Source: Opitutaceae bacterium
GTDB lineage: Bacteria; Verrucomicrobiota; Verrucomicrobiia; Opitutales; Coraliomargaritaceae
Direction of reading: 5' to 3'
Assembly: GCA_051252375.1 (NCBI GenBank)
Contig: JBPOFY010000004.1
Coordinates: forward strand, 32,001 to 96,000
DNA length: 64,000 nucleotides
Part shown: one piece after another, positions 20,023-29,477 of the stretch
How the letters are laid out: every line of letters starts with the position of its first letter
Position numbering within the stretch: the first letter of the stretch is position 1
Position numbers and translations under genes: made by a program
The notes under the pieces: model-generated
Databases searched by the model: none
What the model was told of the DNA's origin: nothing
Seen by the model: the letters and a program-made list of their open reading frames with translations, nothing else

Positions 20023-21120
20023 ATGAACCTCGTTAAAATTGCCCAACAATTCGAAGTCGCCGGGAAGCTGGCCAGCGTTCAACCAATCGGCAGCGGCAAT
20101 GTAAATGACACTTACCTCGCAGTGTTCCGGACGCACTTCTCAGAGGAGAAGATCATCGTTCAGCGGATAAATGGCCAGGTGTTTTCCAAGCCGGAATGGA
20201 TCATGGCCAACATACGCATTCTCACCAACCACTACCATGAACAATTACAGGTAGAGAGTGCCTCGGCCGACCGTATCTGGCAGTTGCCCCGCATCGTGCC
20301 CTGCCGTAACGGAGATGATTACTACGTGGATACTGAAGGCGGGCATTGGCGGGCGCTCACACTGATCGCTTCGGCAACTGCGCATGAGGTCGTCCAGAGC
20401 GAGCAACATGCGCATGAGGTCGGCAGCGTGCTCGGACAGTTCCATCGTCTGGTAGACGGGCTCAATGCATCAGAGCTCCACGACACACTACCTGGCTTTC
20501 ACATTACCCCAGGCTATCTTGAACAATACGATCAAGTCTCCCGATCGGATCAGGTCAAACAGTCGACAGATGTGGAGCAACTGCAGCACTTCATCGAAGA
20601 ACGCCGCGAGCTGGCCTACGTGCTGAAGAATGCCTTGGAAGCCGGTGAACTGAAGCTGCGGTTGATTCATGGTGACCCCAAAGTAAGTAACATCATGATC
20701 GACAACGACAGCGGCAAAGGCACCGCGATCATCGATCTGGATACCGTTAAGCCCGGACTGATTCATTACGACTTTGGCGATGCACTGCGTTCGATTTGCA
20801 ATCCCATGGGAGAGGACTGCAAGAACCTAGAAGGGGTCGTCTTCGACCTGGATTTATGCCAGGCATTCGTGCGCGGCTACATGCAGTTTGCCGGCAGCTT
20901 TTTAACAGAGAACGACAACAAGTATTTCTATGACTCCGTCCGCCTGATCACCTTCGAACTGGGCCTACGATTCTTCCAAGACTACCTCGCTGGAGACGTC
21001 TACTTTAGGACCACGCACCCTGAGCATAATTTGGAACGAGCTAAAGTTCAGTTCAAACTTTGCGAAAGCATTGAGCATCGCGAAAACCAGATCCGAGAAA
21101 TTTTCGATCAAGCGAAATAA
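20023..21120 (+). CDS. Aminoglycoside phosphotransferase-family kinase (N-acetylhexosamine 1-kinase-like)
   Basis: GSGNVNDTY, QRIN, HDTLPGFHITP, IHGDPKVSNIM, IIDLDTV, YDFGD and ELGLRFFQDYL motifs. Confidence 0.85.
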   Translation: MNLVKIAQQFEVAGKLASVQPIGSGNVNDTYLAVFRTHFSEEKIIVQRINGQVFSKPEWIMANIRILTNHYHEQLQVESASADRIWQLPRIVPCRNGDDYYVDTEGGHWRALTLIASATAHEVVQSEQHAHEVGSVLGQFHRLVDGLNASELHDTLPGFHITPGYLEQYDQVSRSDQVKQSTDVEQLQHFIEERRELAYVLKNALEAGELKLRLIHGDPKVSNIMIDNDSGKGTAIIDLDTVKPGLIHYDFGDALRSICNPMGEDCKNLEGVVFDLDLCQAFVRGYMQFAGSFLTENDNKYFYDSVRLITFELGLRFFQDYLAGDVYFRTTHPEHNLERAKVQFKLCESIEHRENQIREIFDQAK

Positions 21121-21152
21121 CTCGCCTCTAGTAAATGATCGATAGACTTTTT

Positions 21153-21392
21153 TCAACACCTCCAAACCTCCAAACCTCAACACCTCAACACTTCCAAACT
21201 TCAACACCTCCAAACCTCAACACCTCAACACTTCCAAACTTCAACACCTCAACACTTCCAAACTTCAACACCTCCAAACTTCCAAACTTCCAAACCTCAA
21301 CACCTCCAAACCTCTCCACCTCCAAACCTCAACACCTCAACACCTCAACACTTCCAAACCTCAACACTTCCAAACCTCTCCACCTCCAAACT
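21153..21392. repeat. Tandem array of 30 degenerate 8-bp units (TC[CAA/AAC/TCC]AC[C/T])
   Basis: 240 bp in perfect 8-bp phase with only five unit variants (tccaaacc, tccaaact, tcaacacc, tcaacact, tctccacc). There is no G on the + strand. Confidence 0.97.
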
Positions 21393-21400
21393 TGATACCT

Positions 21401-22939
21401 ATGTTTCGTATATTCCACCTATTGATTCTCTCACTCGCTATAACTTGCTTCTCATCTGCCGCGGATAAAAAGGAACGCTCCAAGTCCGACAGCGAAGAGA
21501 CAGAAATGTCCAAGGAGGAGGCGTCCGAAAAGGAATCGCCTGCCTACGAACCGAAAGTCAGCGAGGGCGAAGCAAGAATCGGTGGCAGCAAAGTCAAATA
21601 CACGACAAAGACAGGGATGATGCCCATCCTGGATGATGATGGTGAAGTGAAAGCTGAAGTGTTCTTCGTCTACTACGCGGCGGAATCCAAAGACAGCATC
21701 GCTCGCCCCGTCACCTTTTGCTTCAATGGTGGCCCGGGGTCGTCAGCAGTCTGGCTACACCTCGGCGGCTTGGGTCCCAAAAGAGTCGATACCCTACTTG
21801 ATGGCCGCAGGCCCGAAGCGATCGCACCGATTGTCGATAATGCAGACTCGATCCTAGACGCGACCGACCTCGTGTTCATCGACCCAGTGCAAACAGGACT
21901 CAGCCGTGCCGTCGAGGACGAGGAAGCGGATCAGTTTCACGGCGTAGATGAAGACATCGAATCCGTCTCCGAATTCATCCGTCAATTTTGCTCACAAGAA
22001 GAACGCTGGGCGTCTCCAAAGTTTCTCTGCGGAGAAAGCTATGGCGGTATTCGCGCTGCGGGTCTGGCGGACCACCTGCAGCAGAAGCACGGCATTTATA
22101 TGAACGGCATTCTGATCGTTTCCGGCTTGCTCAACTACCAGACACTCATGCCACATATCGGCAACGACCTCCCCTTCATTTTGTATCTACCAGCTTACAC
22201 CGCCACAGCACATTACCACAAGAAGCTGTCGCCTGAATTACAAAAGGATTTTGACGCAACCATGCAGCAGTCGCGCGACTTCGCGTTTGGCGACTACTCA
22301 CTTGCCTTACTGAAGGGCACCACCCTGTCCGATACCGAACGGACCGAGATCGCACAACGCCTCTCCGAGTTGACCGGAATCGACGCCGATGTAATCGACG
22401 ATCATGACCTGCGCATCCGCCGCTGGTTATTCCGCCGTATGTTGCTAAAGGAAGAGGGTCTCATTCTGGGCGGATACGACGCGCGTGTTGTCGGCGATGA
22501 CGGCGTGAAGACACAGACGCCGCCCGAGTTCGACCCATCGGCCTCTTTTGTAAAGGGCGCAGTCTCCGCAGCGATCAATCACTACGTGCGCAGCACGCTC
22601 GGATATGAAAGCGATCATCCTTACAACGTCATGGCCCGACTCAAATGGCGTTTTGCACCTTTCACTAATCGCTACGTTTCGATGGAAGAGCGTCTAGCCA
22701 GTGCCATGAAAGAAAACCCAGCGATGCAAATCCTGATTATGGTTGGTCTGCGCGACATCGTCGTATCGGAAGATGCCATGCGCTACAGCATCGACCATCT
22801 GCCCATTCCGGATTCGCTTCGCTCGAACATCAAATTCGTCCAATACCAGAGCGGACACATGATGTATTTCGAAAAAGAGGATGCGCAGAAATTCAGAACA
22901 GATGCACTCGAGTTTATAAAGAACTGCCTGCCTCAGTAG
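21401..22939 (+). CDS. Peptidase S10 serine carboxypeptidase
   Basis: Signal peptide; RPVTFCFNGGPGSS, DLVFIDPVQTGLS, GESYGGIR (catalytic Ser) and GHMMY (catalytic His). Confidence 0.92.
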   Translation: MFRIFHLLILSLAITCFSSAADKKERSKSDSEETEMSKEEASEKESPAYEPKVSEGEARIGGSKVKYTTKTGMMPILDDDGEVKAEVFFVYYAAESKDSIARPVTFCFNGGPGSSAVWLHLGGLGPKRVDTLLDGRRPEAIAPIVDNADSILDATDLVFIDPVQTGLSRAVEDEEADQFHGVDEDIESVSEFIRQFCSQEERWASPKFLCGESYGGIRAAGLADHLQQKHGIYMNGILIVSGLLNYQTLMPHIGNDLPFILYLPAYTATAHYHKKLSPELQKDFDATMQQSRDFAFGDYSLALLKGTTLSDTERTEIAQRLSELTGIDADVIDDHDLRIRRWLFRRMLLKEEGLILGGYDARVVGDDGVKTQTPPEFDPSASFVKGAVSAAINHYVRSTLGYESDHPYNVMARLKWRFAPFTNRYVSMEERLASAMKENPAMQILIMVGLRDIVVSEDAMRYSIDHLPIPDSLRSNIKFVQYQSGHMMYFEKEDAQKFRTDALEFIKNCLPQ

Positions 22940-23003
22940 CCAAGACAATGCGCGACTCTGCCAGTTGACTTGATCGTCGTTCTACACTAGGCATGTCGTC
23001 GAA

Positions 23004-23654
23004 ATGCACGAAAAAATACCCCTATTTTCGAAGCTTCTCTGCATAGGCTTGCTTGCTGGCGCTCAGGCCAGAGCAGAGACGATTTACTACGCTTTCGATA
23101 ATGTCTTTTTCCAGAAGGAAGGCACACCGCTGAATCTAGCGCAAATGCACGGCTACTTCAGTTGGACCTATACTGCGGGTGACTTCGAGAACGGCACTGG
23201 CACATTAATCTACGTCGACATCCCAGGAACCGTCCACGGGGTCGAGGATCTGATTGTCACAATCGAAACCGGAGGGCTTGAGATTTCATTGGATGGGAGC
23301 TTCCATGATGATGGGGTCGATGTTTCGCTCAAGTTCTTGACCGACCTCTCCCCCTCTGCCCCCAGTGCAATTGATACGGATCCAGAGAGCAGCAAGTTCG
23401 ACATCGGCGGGAATGGCTTTTACCGAGGCACCATCTATAGCGGAAGTGTGCAGCCATTTGAATTTTCGATTTCGATCTCTCAGCCGACCGCCACATCGGT
23501 GCAGGTCAATTATACACCCGACTATTCGTGGTGCGTGCTACGAGAGTCCGAAGCACTCACACCTAGCAATTGGAGCGATGCCGCGACAGGCAACCCACTG
23601 GACGTCAGTATAAGCGGCCAGCCGAAAATGTTCTACCAGCTAACAACACCTTAG
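23004..23654 (+). CDS. Secreted hypothetical protein with short C-terminal module ending ...KMFYQLTTP
   Basis: Signal peptide (AQARA). C-terminus is VLRESEALTPSNWSD...MFYQL. Confidence 0.75.
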   Translation: MHEKIPLFSKLLCIGLLAGAQARAETIYYAFDNVFFQKEGTPLNLAQMHGYFSWTYTAGDFENGTGTLIYVDIPGTVHGVEDLIVTIETGGLEISLDGSFHDDGVDVSLKFLTDLSPSAPSAIDTDPESSKFDIGGNGFYRGTIYSGSVQPFEFSISISQPTATSVQVNYTPDYSWCVLRESEALTPSNWSDAATGNPLDVSISGQPKMFYQLTTP

Positions 23655-23705
23655 TCTCCAACAGTGTAATTAAAAAAGGAACCACTACCCCGTCAGAAAT
23701 CCGAC

Positions 23706-23852
23706 GAAATCAAGCAAGGACAGAACATTGTGTATAAGCCCAGAGAGAAGCACTTGAGCGATCTCTGGTTATCCATGATCCGACAAGCTGGTGTCGAACA
23801 GGATACATTTGCCAACAGCACCGGAGTCCTGACCGAAATGGGATTTAGTTGA
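23706..23852 (+). pseudogene. Gene remnant resembling the C-terminus of DUF1552 proteins
   Basis: Startless frame EIKQGQNIVYKPREKHLSDLWLSMIRQAGVEQDTFANSTGVLTEMGFS*, with an upstream in-frame stop at 23667. Family assignment is from memory of the motif. Confidence 0.55.
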
Positions 23853-23867
23853 TCCGCTGCTCGCTTC

Positions 23868-25397
23868 CTATCTCGCAAAAAGAACGGTTCCGAACCCGAA
23901 GTGGTCGCCTTTAAACCCGGGACCTTCTGGACGCATCTTCTTCACTACCTGCTCGGTGAAGGGGCACTCGAGCCCCTTCCGAACTTTGTAATGGTAATAC
24001 ACCATCTCAAAGATGGGCCGCCGGCTGAAATCGCCACGCCCTTCTTCCGAGATGGATTTATGATGATACTTGCCAGTGGTGTCGGTGGTTTCCTCAAAAG
24101 AGACCTCATTTCCCAAATTATAGGATGCCGTGTATTCAAACCCAGCGAGGATGCGATTATCTTCCGCACCATAGAGATCGAGTCCTTGATTCCAGCCGAT
24201 TTCAGCGACTACGGAAAGGTAACCAAGACCAAGCATGGTGTGCTGCTGGTCGCGCCCGCTTTCCTGGCATTGACCGTCTTCATTGATCACATAGTGCGTG
24301 AGACGCGCATTATCTTTACCGCGATGAAACCACTTAACCGCTCGGTCAAACATGACCTGATCATCGGTAAAAACCGCAATCGCCATCACCGTTTGCAAGG
24401 CGGCAAGCGCCCAGTTGCCGTTGGCAAAATCTGCCATATCTTTACACACGGGATAATAGACATCCTTGAACATGTCCTCCGCTTTAAGGATGTCCCTTTG
24501 GGACCAACCAGAATTCGTGTGGCGCAATATCTCCGCTGCTGCGACAAACTTTACTCCGGAAATACCCGCAGAGAGAATCGCATCGCGCCCAGTGATTTTT
24601 TCTAATTTCCCAGACCATGCATTAATGATTTCAATTGCTTTCTTTGCATGCGCTTTTTCACCGGTGATGGTCCACATCATGGCGTTCTGATAGGCCGCAT
24701 TCGCATCACTCTCGTGCTCCGACGAACGCACGCTCGGCTTGCGACCAGTCTCCTCAAAACCGCCTCGAACCTCGTAGTCGCTCGACGACTGCGAGTGATC
24801 CCTCAACGCCTCGAAACCTGACGCCCAAGGCTCTGCCCCCGCGGCGACCTGCTGGCGCATGCGGAGAAGATCTTCTTCACGGTGCAAAATCCCAGGATGA
24901 ATGAACCCCTGTGTTGAGCTCCTGCTTGGAAAGCCTGAGACGTCCGCTCTCTGCGTGGTGGCTTCCTTGCTCTTTTGCTCGTAAAGATACTTGGCAAAAG
25001 ATTGATCAGTTTCTGTCAGTAAATTTACAGCGAGCGTGATCTCACGTAACTCCGATTTCCTGACTACCCGCAAACTATCTTCGGCAACGTCGATAACTTC
25101 GACGACAATTTGCCTGCCTTTGGTATCTGTTAGCGTAATGAACCGCTGTTTCGCTCGTTCTTCAAAGGGAATACTAGTGACTACTGGCGCAACCGTTTCT
25201 TCAGGCTGCTCAACTGGCACGACGGGAACCATGACTTCCACTGGTTGCACAGGTGGGGCAACGTCCTCAACCACTGTGACTGGAGGCGCCGGTTCCTCAG
25301 AAATGATAACGGGAGTTTCCTTTTGCCTCAGAATAGACACCAGAATTATGCCGATTACAGCAAATAGAATAAGAGCGAACAGTTGGACTTTTTTCAC
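23868..25397 (-). CDS. Membrane-anchored alginate-lyase-family (alpha/alpha toroid) protein with linker and SHD1-like domain
   Basis: FIHPGILH, DANAAYQNA, ANGNW, GQCQESGRDQQH, WNQGLDLY and RILAGFEYTASYN motifs. N-terminal module is shared with 10653..12455. Confidence 0.8.
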   Translation of the reverse strand: MKKVQLFALILFAVIGIILVSILRQKETPVIISEEPAPPVTVVEDVAPPVQPVEVMVPVVPVEQPEETVAPVVTSIPFEERAKQRFITLTDTKGRQIVVEVIDVAEDSLRVVRKSELREITLAVNLLTETDQSFAKYLYEQKSKEATTQRADVSGFPSRSSTQGFIHPGILHREEDLLRMRQQVAAGAEPWASGFEALRDHSQSSSDYEVRGGFEETGRKPSVRSSEHESDANAAYQNAMMWTITGEKAHAKKAIEIINAWSGKLEKITGRDAILSAGISGVKFVAAAEILRHTNSGWSQRDILKAEDMFKDVYYPVCKDMADFANGNWALAALQTVMAIAVFTDDQVMFDRAVKWFHRGKDNARLTHYVINEDGQCQESGRDQQHTMLGLGYLSVVAEIGWNQGLDLYGAEDNRILAGFEYTASYNLGNEVSFEETTDTTGKYHHKSISEEGRGDFSRRPIFEMVYYHYKVRKGLECPFTEQVVKKMRPEGPGFKGDHFGFGTVLFAR

Positions 25398-25570
25398 GGT
25401 AAATACAGGAGATCAAAAACGGATATGGGAGATGATATAGTAAATAGTCATCACCAAACAGGCACTGCAAGCCAAGTCATCTTTTACAAAGTAAGGCAGC
25501 AAACAGAGGGAGAAACCTTCTCACGGTCTCAGAAATACTGAGAGACTCCGCCCATGAGTATTATGCGAAC

Positions 25571-28123
25571 CTAGTTGCCCTGCGCTTTGACGCGGACAAA
25601 TTTCTGATCCGTATTCATCGGCACAGTGACGGTGACCGTTTCGACTTCGCCGTCGTCATCCGTGACTTCCTCGGTCAAACCATCGGTGTCCCAACTTAAT
25701 GGGGTCAAGTCGGGCGACCACTGCGCAAAAACATTGAACCCCGTCGACTTGCGACGTGTGTAGTCGATGCTCATCTCTACTAGGTCGTGAGTCATCTCCT
25801 TCATTGGCGAGTCCATCGTCAGTGGGTCCGTGCCAAAAATCCATTCACCCTCGTTGTCCCAGTCATCCATATCCGGGTTGCCAGTGAAGGATGTATCCGT
25901 GCCACTTGGCGCAGCGGCAAATGCGGCCGCCTCCCAATTTGCATACGATATGACTGGCAATTCATCGATGCAGATGTTGTCGACGGCGGGGTCGGCGGCA
26001 TTCCAGCGTGTGTTTCCGGTGCGGAAGCGCAGCTTCACATTGCTCAGGCCCGCATAGGCGGAAAGGTCAACCAGCGCGGTGGACCATGGATCAGCACTGC
26101 TGGAATGTTGCTGATTATCCTTAAACCAAACGGCGGTCGTCCAGCTAGTCCCATTGTAAACATCGAGCGCCAGATAGTCGATATACGCACCGAACATATG
26201 GTAGTCGAATTGTATCGCCGGAGCACTCAGCGCGCTAAAATCAAAACTGGCTTCGATCGATGCAGTGCCGTCGCGCCCTTGCCCCTGGTGCCCTTCGGCG
26301 TAAAGATAGTAAGTTCCATCGGAGGCACCGCTCGGGCCGGCGGAGTTATCTTCTATACCAGACGGTGTAGCGCCGCTGTGCACCATCCAATCATAATCAT
26401 CACCAGCCGATTGCACCCAGTCGCCGATGCCATTTTCAAAGCTTTCTTTGTAGGGCGGTGCTACGTAAACGATCGTAGTCGTCGCAGATGCGGATGCGGA
26501 TGCGCCGGTGACATTGGCGTTCGCGGACTTGTCGCGCGCCATGACTGTGTAGCTGTAAGTGGCTCCTTCAGTCAGTCCGGAATCAATATAGATCGTGCTA
26601 TCTTGCCAGCCACTGTCATGTGAGCCGTCACCGATAGTGGTGTTGGTAAAATAATATTCCACCTCATGCGGGTCGGAGGCTGCGGCAGCCTCCATCGTGA
26701 TCGCGCCCGAGCTAGTCGAGGCTGGCACTGCAGACCAAGTCATTGGATCGGGGCTGGGGACTTCGAGGTCGAACTCTGCCCAGACGGCGTCGTGGTCGGA
26801 AATATTGCTACCCGAGGCACCCGTTGAATACACGCCGGAATTTTCGAAATCGAACATCGCAGCCACGTGATCGACCCAATCAGACTGTTTATCAACTAGG
26901 TCCGGCATGAGGGTGTCGACCAACGTGCCGTTGATATTGAAGTCACCGAGTGCCACGATTCTGCCGCGCTCGGAAAGCGCCTGAGAGTCGATGCGATCGA
27001 GGATGAAATCGCGAAAGTTTTCCATGCCGGCATATTCGGAACTATTGACACCAGTGCCGTCGTTAGGATCAGGGTCGTGTGTATTGTGGTAGTGAAAAAT
27101 ATGGACCAATTCCCCGCCGACCTGAATCTGCACATGTTGACCATATCGTTTCCATTTGTCGTAAGTGGGGTCAGTGTTTACCAATTCATTATACGGGCTG
27201 ACAATCGGGTGTTTTGAGAGCACTGCGATTGATGTATATTTGGGAAAGCCTGACGTCGTCGAATTGATCGTCTGATAGGTATAAGGATATTCAGACAGTA
27301 TCCCTTTGATGTCATCCCACCAGCCGTTTTGAAAGTCTACTTCTTGAAAGCAGAGCACATCTTCGCCTTGCAAATGGTTATCGCGAAAATCGATGATATT
27401 TTGCCTAACGTATGTGCTATCAGTCGCGTTTTTGCCGCCGTGGATGTTATACGTCACTACCGCAAAGTCCGCGTAATCCCCAAGGATCGCGATGTTATCC
27501 AGCGCCATCGCCTGATTGTTGACGTTGGCGGTATCGGCCTGAAAGCGGAAGGTCGCCGTTTGACTAGGTCCGAGGATTTGGTCTTCGAGTATGCTTAGAT
27601 CGAGTTCCATATCCTCGTAATCAGATACGAGGCCAAGTCCGTTGAGAATTGACTCCCAGCGGACCAACAACGTTTCGTCTGGATCGGAAAGACCACCGCT
27701 CTGATAGTAGATACTTAGATTGCGCGGTGAGTTGCCATTCACACTGGCGAAATCGAAGAGCACTTTGCTGAGGTGAATATTTCGTGTAGAGCCGTTCGTG
27801 ATGGTAAAGTAAACTTTGTCTTTATCGACTCGGATACTCATGGCTCCATCGGTTGCGGTGCTGCCTACGGCTTCGGTCGGCCCATAAGTTCCATCTGTTG
27901 AGCCCCAAGTATCGCGGGCACCATCACCGCCGTAGAGCTTTCCTGTCACATTTTTAACCTCGCCCACGGAGTCTTTGGCGGAATTCAAGAAGCGGTGCGC
28001 CTGAAACGCGGAAGAGAAATCATACCAGCCAGTCAACACCACATCGTCTGCACACAGCGCAAGAGTCTGGAGTAAACAAAGGGGGGCGAGCAACAATCTG
28101 GCTGGGGAGACTAAAGACTTCAT
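25571..28123 (-). CDS. Secreted multidomain protein: unknown N-domain, endonuclease/exonuclease/phosphatase, FN3-like, MAM and C-terminal module
   Basis: EEP motifs VVTYNI, CFQEVD, GDFN and SDHDAV. FN3-like HDSGWQDS...YSYTVMARD. MAM-like DDYDW...GPSGASDGTYYLYAE...FDYHMFG. Ends ...DLTPLSW...KFVRVKAQGN. Confidence 0.85.
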   Translation of the reverse strand: MKSLVSPARLLLAPLCLLQTLALCADDVVLTGWYDFSSAFQAHRFLNSAKDSVGEVKNVTGKLYGGDGARDTWGSTDGTYGPTEAVGSTATDGAMSIRVDKDKVYFTITNGSTRNIHLSKVLFDFASVNGNSPRNLSIYYQSGGLSDPDETLLVRWESILNGLGLVSDYEDMELDLSILEDQILGPSQTATFRFQADTANVNNQAMALDNIAILGDYADFAVVTYNIHGGKNATDSTYVRQNIIDFRDNHLQGEDVLCFQEVDFQNGWWDDIKGILSEYPYTYQTINSTTSGFPKYTSIAVLSKHPIVSPYNELVNTDPTYDKWKRYGQHVQIQVGGELVHIFHYHNTHDPDPNDGTGVNSSEYAGMENFRDFILDRIDSQALSERGRIVALGDFNINGTLVDTLMPDLVDKQSDWVDHVAAMFDFENSGVYSTGASGSNISDHDAVWAEFDLEVPSPDPMTWSAVPASTSSGAITMEAAAASDPHEVEYYFTNTTIGDGSHDSGWQDSTIYIDSGLTEGATYSYTVMARDKSANANVTGASASASATTTIVYVAPPYKESFENGIGDWVQSAGDDYDWMVHSGATPSGIEDNSAGPSGASDGTYYLYAEGHQGQGRDGTASIEASFDFSALSAPAIQFDYHMFGAYIDYLALDVYNGTSWTTAVWFKDNQQHSSSADPWSTALVDLSAYAGLSNVKLRFRTGNTRWNAADPAVDNICIDELPVISYANWEAAAFAAAPSGTDTSFTGNPDMDDWDNEGEWIFGTDPLTMDSPMKEMTHDLVEMSIDYTRRKSTGFNVFAQWSPDLTPLSWDTDGLTEEVTDDDGEVETVTVTVPMNTDQKFVRVKAQGN

Positions 28124-28427
28124 AGGGATATTATATTTTATTACGCTAGCTCGATGCCTGCAGAATTAGGGATGCATGAGGGCAAAGGGCTTGATACCGC
28201 GAAAAGTGGGTTCCTTTAAGACAACCTTAAACCCTCTTTAAGTCAAACCATGAGAATTTGCAAGTGGTTCGGCGACATGGACCGGATTTATACAAAAAAG
28301 CGAGAACCAGCCATCAATAATTCCCTGCGCTTCTTACGCCAATTAGCGACTGAACTCAGTAGGAGTCGCCCGCTTAACAGGTTGCATTTTGGGTCTGTTT
28401 TTATAGTCTATAACTAGGAGGTATACA

Positions 28428-28916
28428 ATGAAACAGCCGGAAAAAATGACAATGGCTTCAACAGCCCTCATCGGTGGAATTGCCTTATTATGCAGTCTAC
28501 TGATTACATCGTGTAAACCAAAAGAAAACTCTCCAGTGGGATTCGTTCTGCCCCCAGGAGATGCGATGGTAGGACAAACCACCTTCGCGGTACTCGGGTG
28601 CATTCATTGCCATCAAGTGGATGGCGTCTCTTTCACTGCTCGTGGTGGTGAGATGGCACCGGACCTAATCGTCACAATCGGTGGCACGCAACCGAAAGCG
28701 AAAACCTACGGGCAATTGGTGACCGCTATCATACACCCCAATGCAGAAATCCTAAGAGGCGACACACGCTATGTAGATGCCAACGGAAAATCGCTAATGC
28801 CGGATTATACGCGGACCATGACCGTTCAACAAATGACAGATATCGTCACATTCCTACAGGAGCACTACGACATCGAATTACCCAACTACGATACGCAAAT
28901 CATCGGCTACCCTTAA
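28428..28916 (+). CDS. Monoheme c-type cytochrome, probable lipoprotein
   Basis: CIHCH heme motif, distal SLMP Met, and lipobox-like ITSC. Confidence 0.8.
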   Translation: MKQPEKMTMASTALIGGIALLCSLLITSCKPKENSPVGFVLPPGDAMVGQTTFAVLGCIHCHQVDGVSFTARGGEMAPDLIVTIGGTQPKAKTYGQLVTAIIHPNAEILRGDTRYVDANGKSLMPDYTRTMTVQQMTDIVTFLQEHYDIELPNYDTQIIGYP

Positions 28917-28959
28917 GTATAGCGCTGAGCGATGCCAACTGAGTTAACCACCACACTCC

Positions 28960-29340
28960 CTAGGAGGTGGCTTCGCCGCCGCGGGGAAAGTGTTTCTGGA
29001 CCATCTCCTCTACGATGTCGGAATAGAGGGAAGGCTTGTTGTAGTAATTCACACCATGGGCCTCAAGCTGATCGATATCCGAGCCGCTTAGCTGACCGGA
29101 GACAACGACTACTTTGATGCCACGTGGCATACCCTTGGTCTCAACGGCAAAGAGGGAGCCATTTCCGTCCGGCACTTGTTGGTCGGCGATCAAGATATCT
29201 ATATTCAAACTTTCGTCCTTAAGAATCGATCTGGCATGAGCAATATCGAGGGCAGGAAATACCGTGTGACCCCGGCTTTCGATTTGCTCACAGGCAACCG
29301 CAGAGAGCTCAGGTTCATCTTCAAGGAGTAGGACGTTCAT
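28960..29340 (-). CDS. Single-domain response regulator receiver
   Basis: MNVLLLEDE...ILIADQQVPDGNG...VVVSG...NKP. Confidence 0.85.
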   Translation of the reverse strand: MNVLLLEDEPELSAVACEQIESRGHTVFPALDIAHARSILKDESLNIDILIADQQVPDGNGSLFAVETKGMPRGIKVVVVSGQLSGSDIDQLEAHGVNYYNKPSLYSDIVEEMVQKHFPRGGEATS

Positions 29341-29477
29341 GTGTGCAAAGTAAGCTCCCGTGAAACTGGGTCGAATACAAAATATTGAGTTTCGAGCAAA
29401 AATACCCGCGAACAAAATGACTATATAATTTCACGAGATACTCGCAACAAAACTGAAGCGGCCCCGATTACAATCAC

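Noticed and set aside
21153..21392. Possible CRISPR array
   Set aside because: The units are 8 bp with no unique spacers, and there are no cas genes.
21135..21395. ORFs 21135..21395 (+) and 20965..21213 (-) across the octamer array
   Set aside because: They are open only because the repeat lacks stop codons; the translations are low-complexity.
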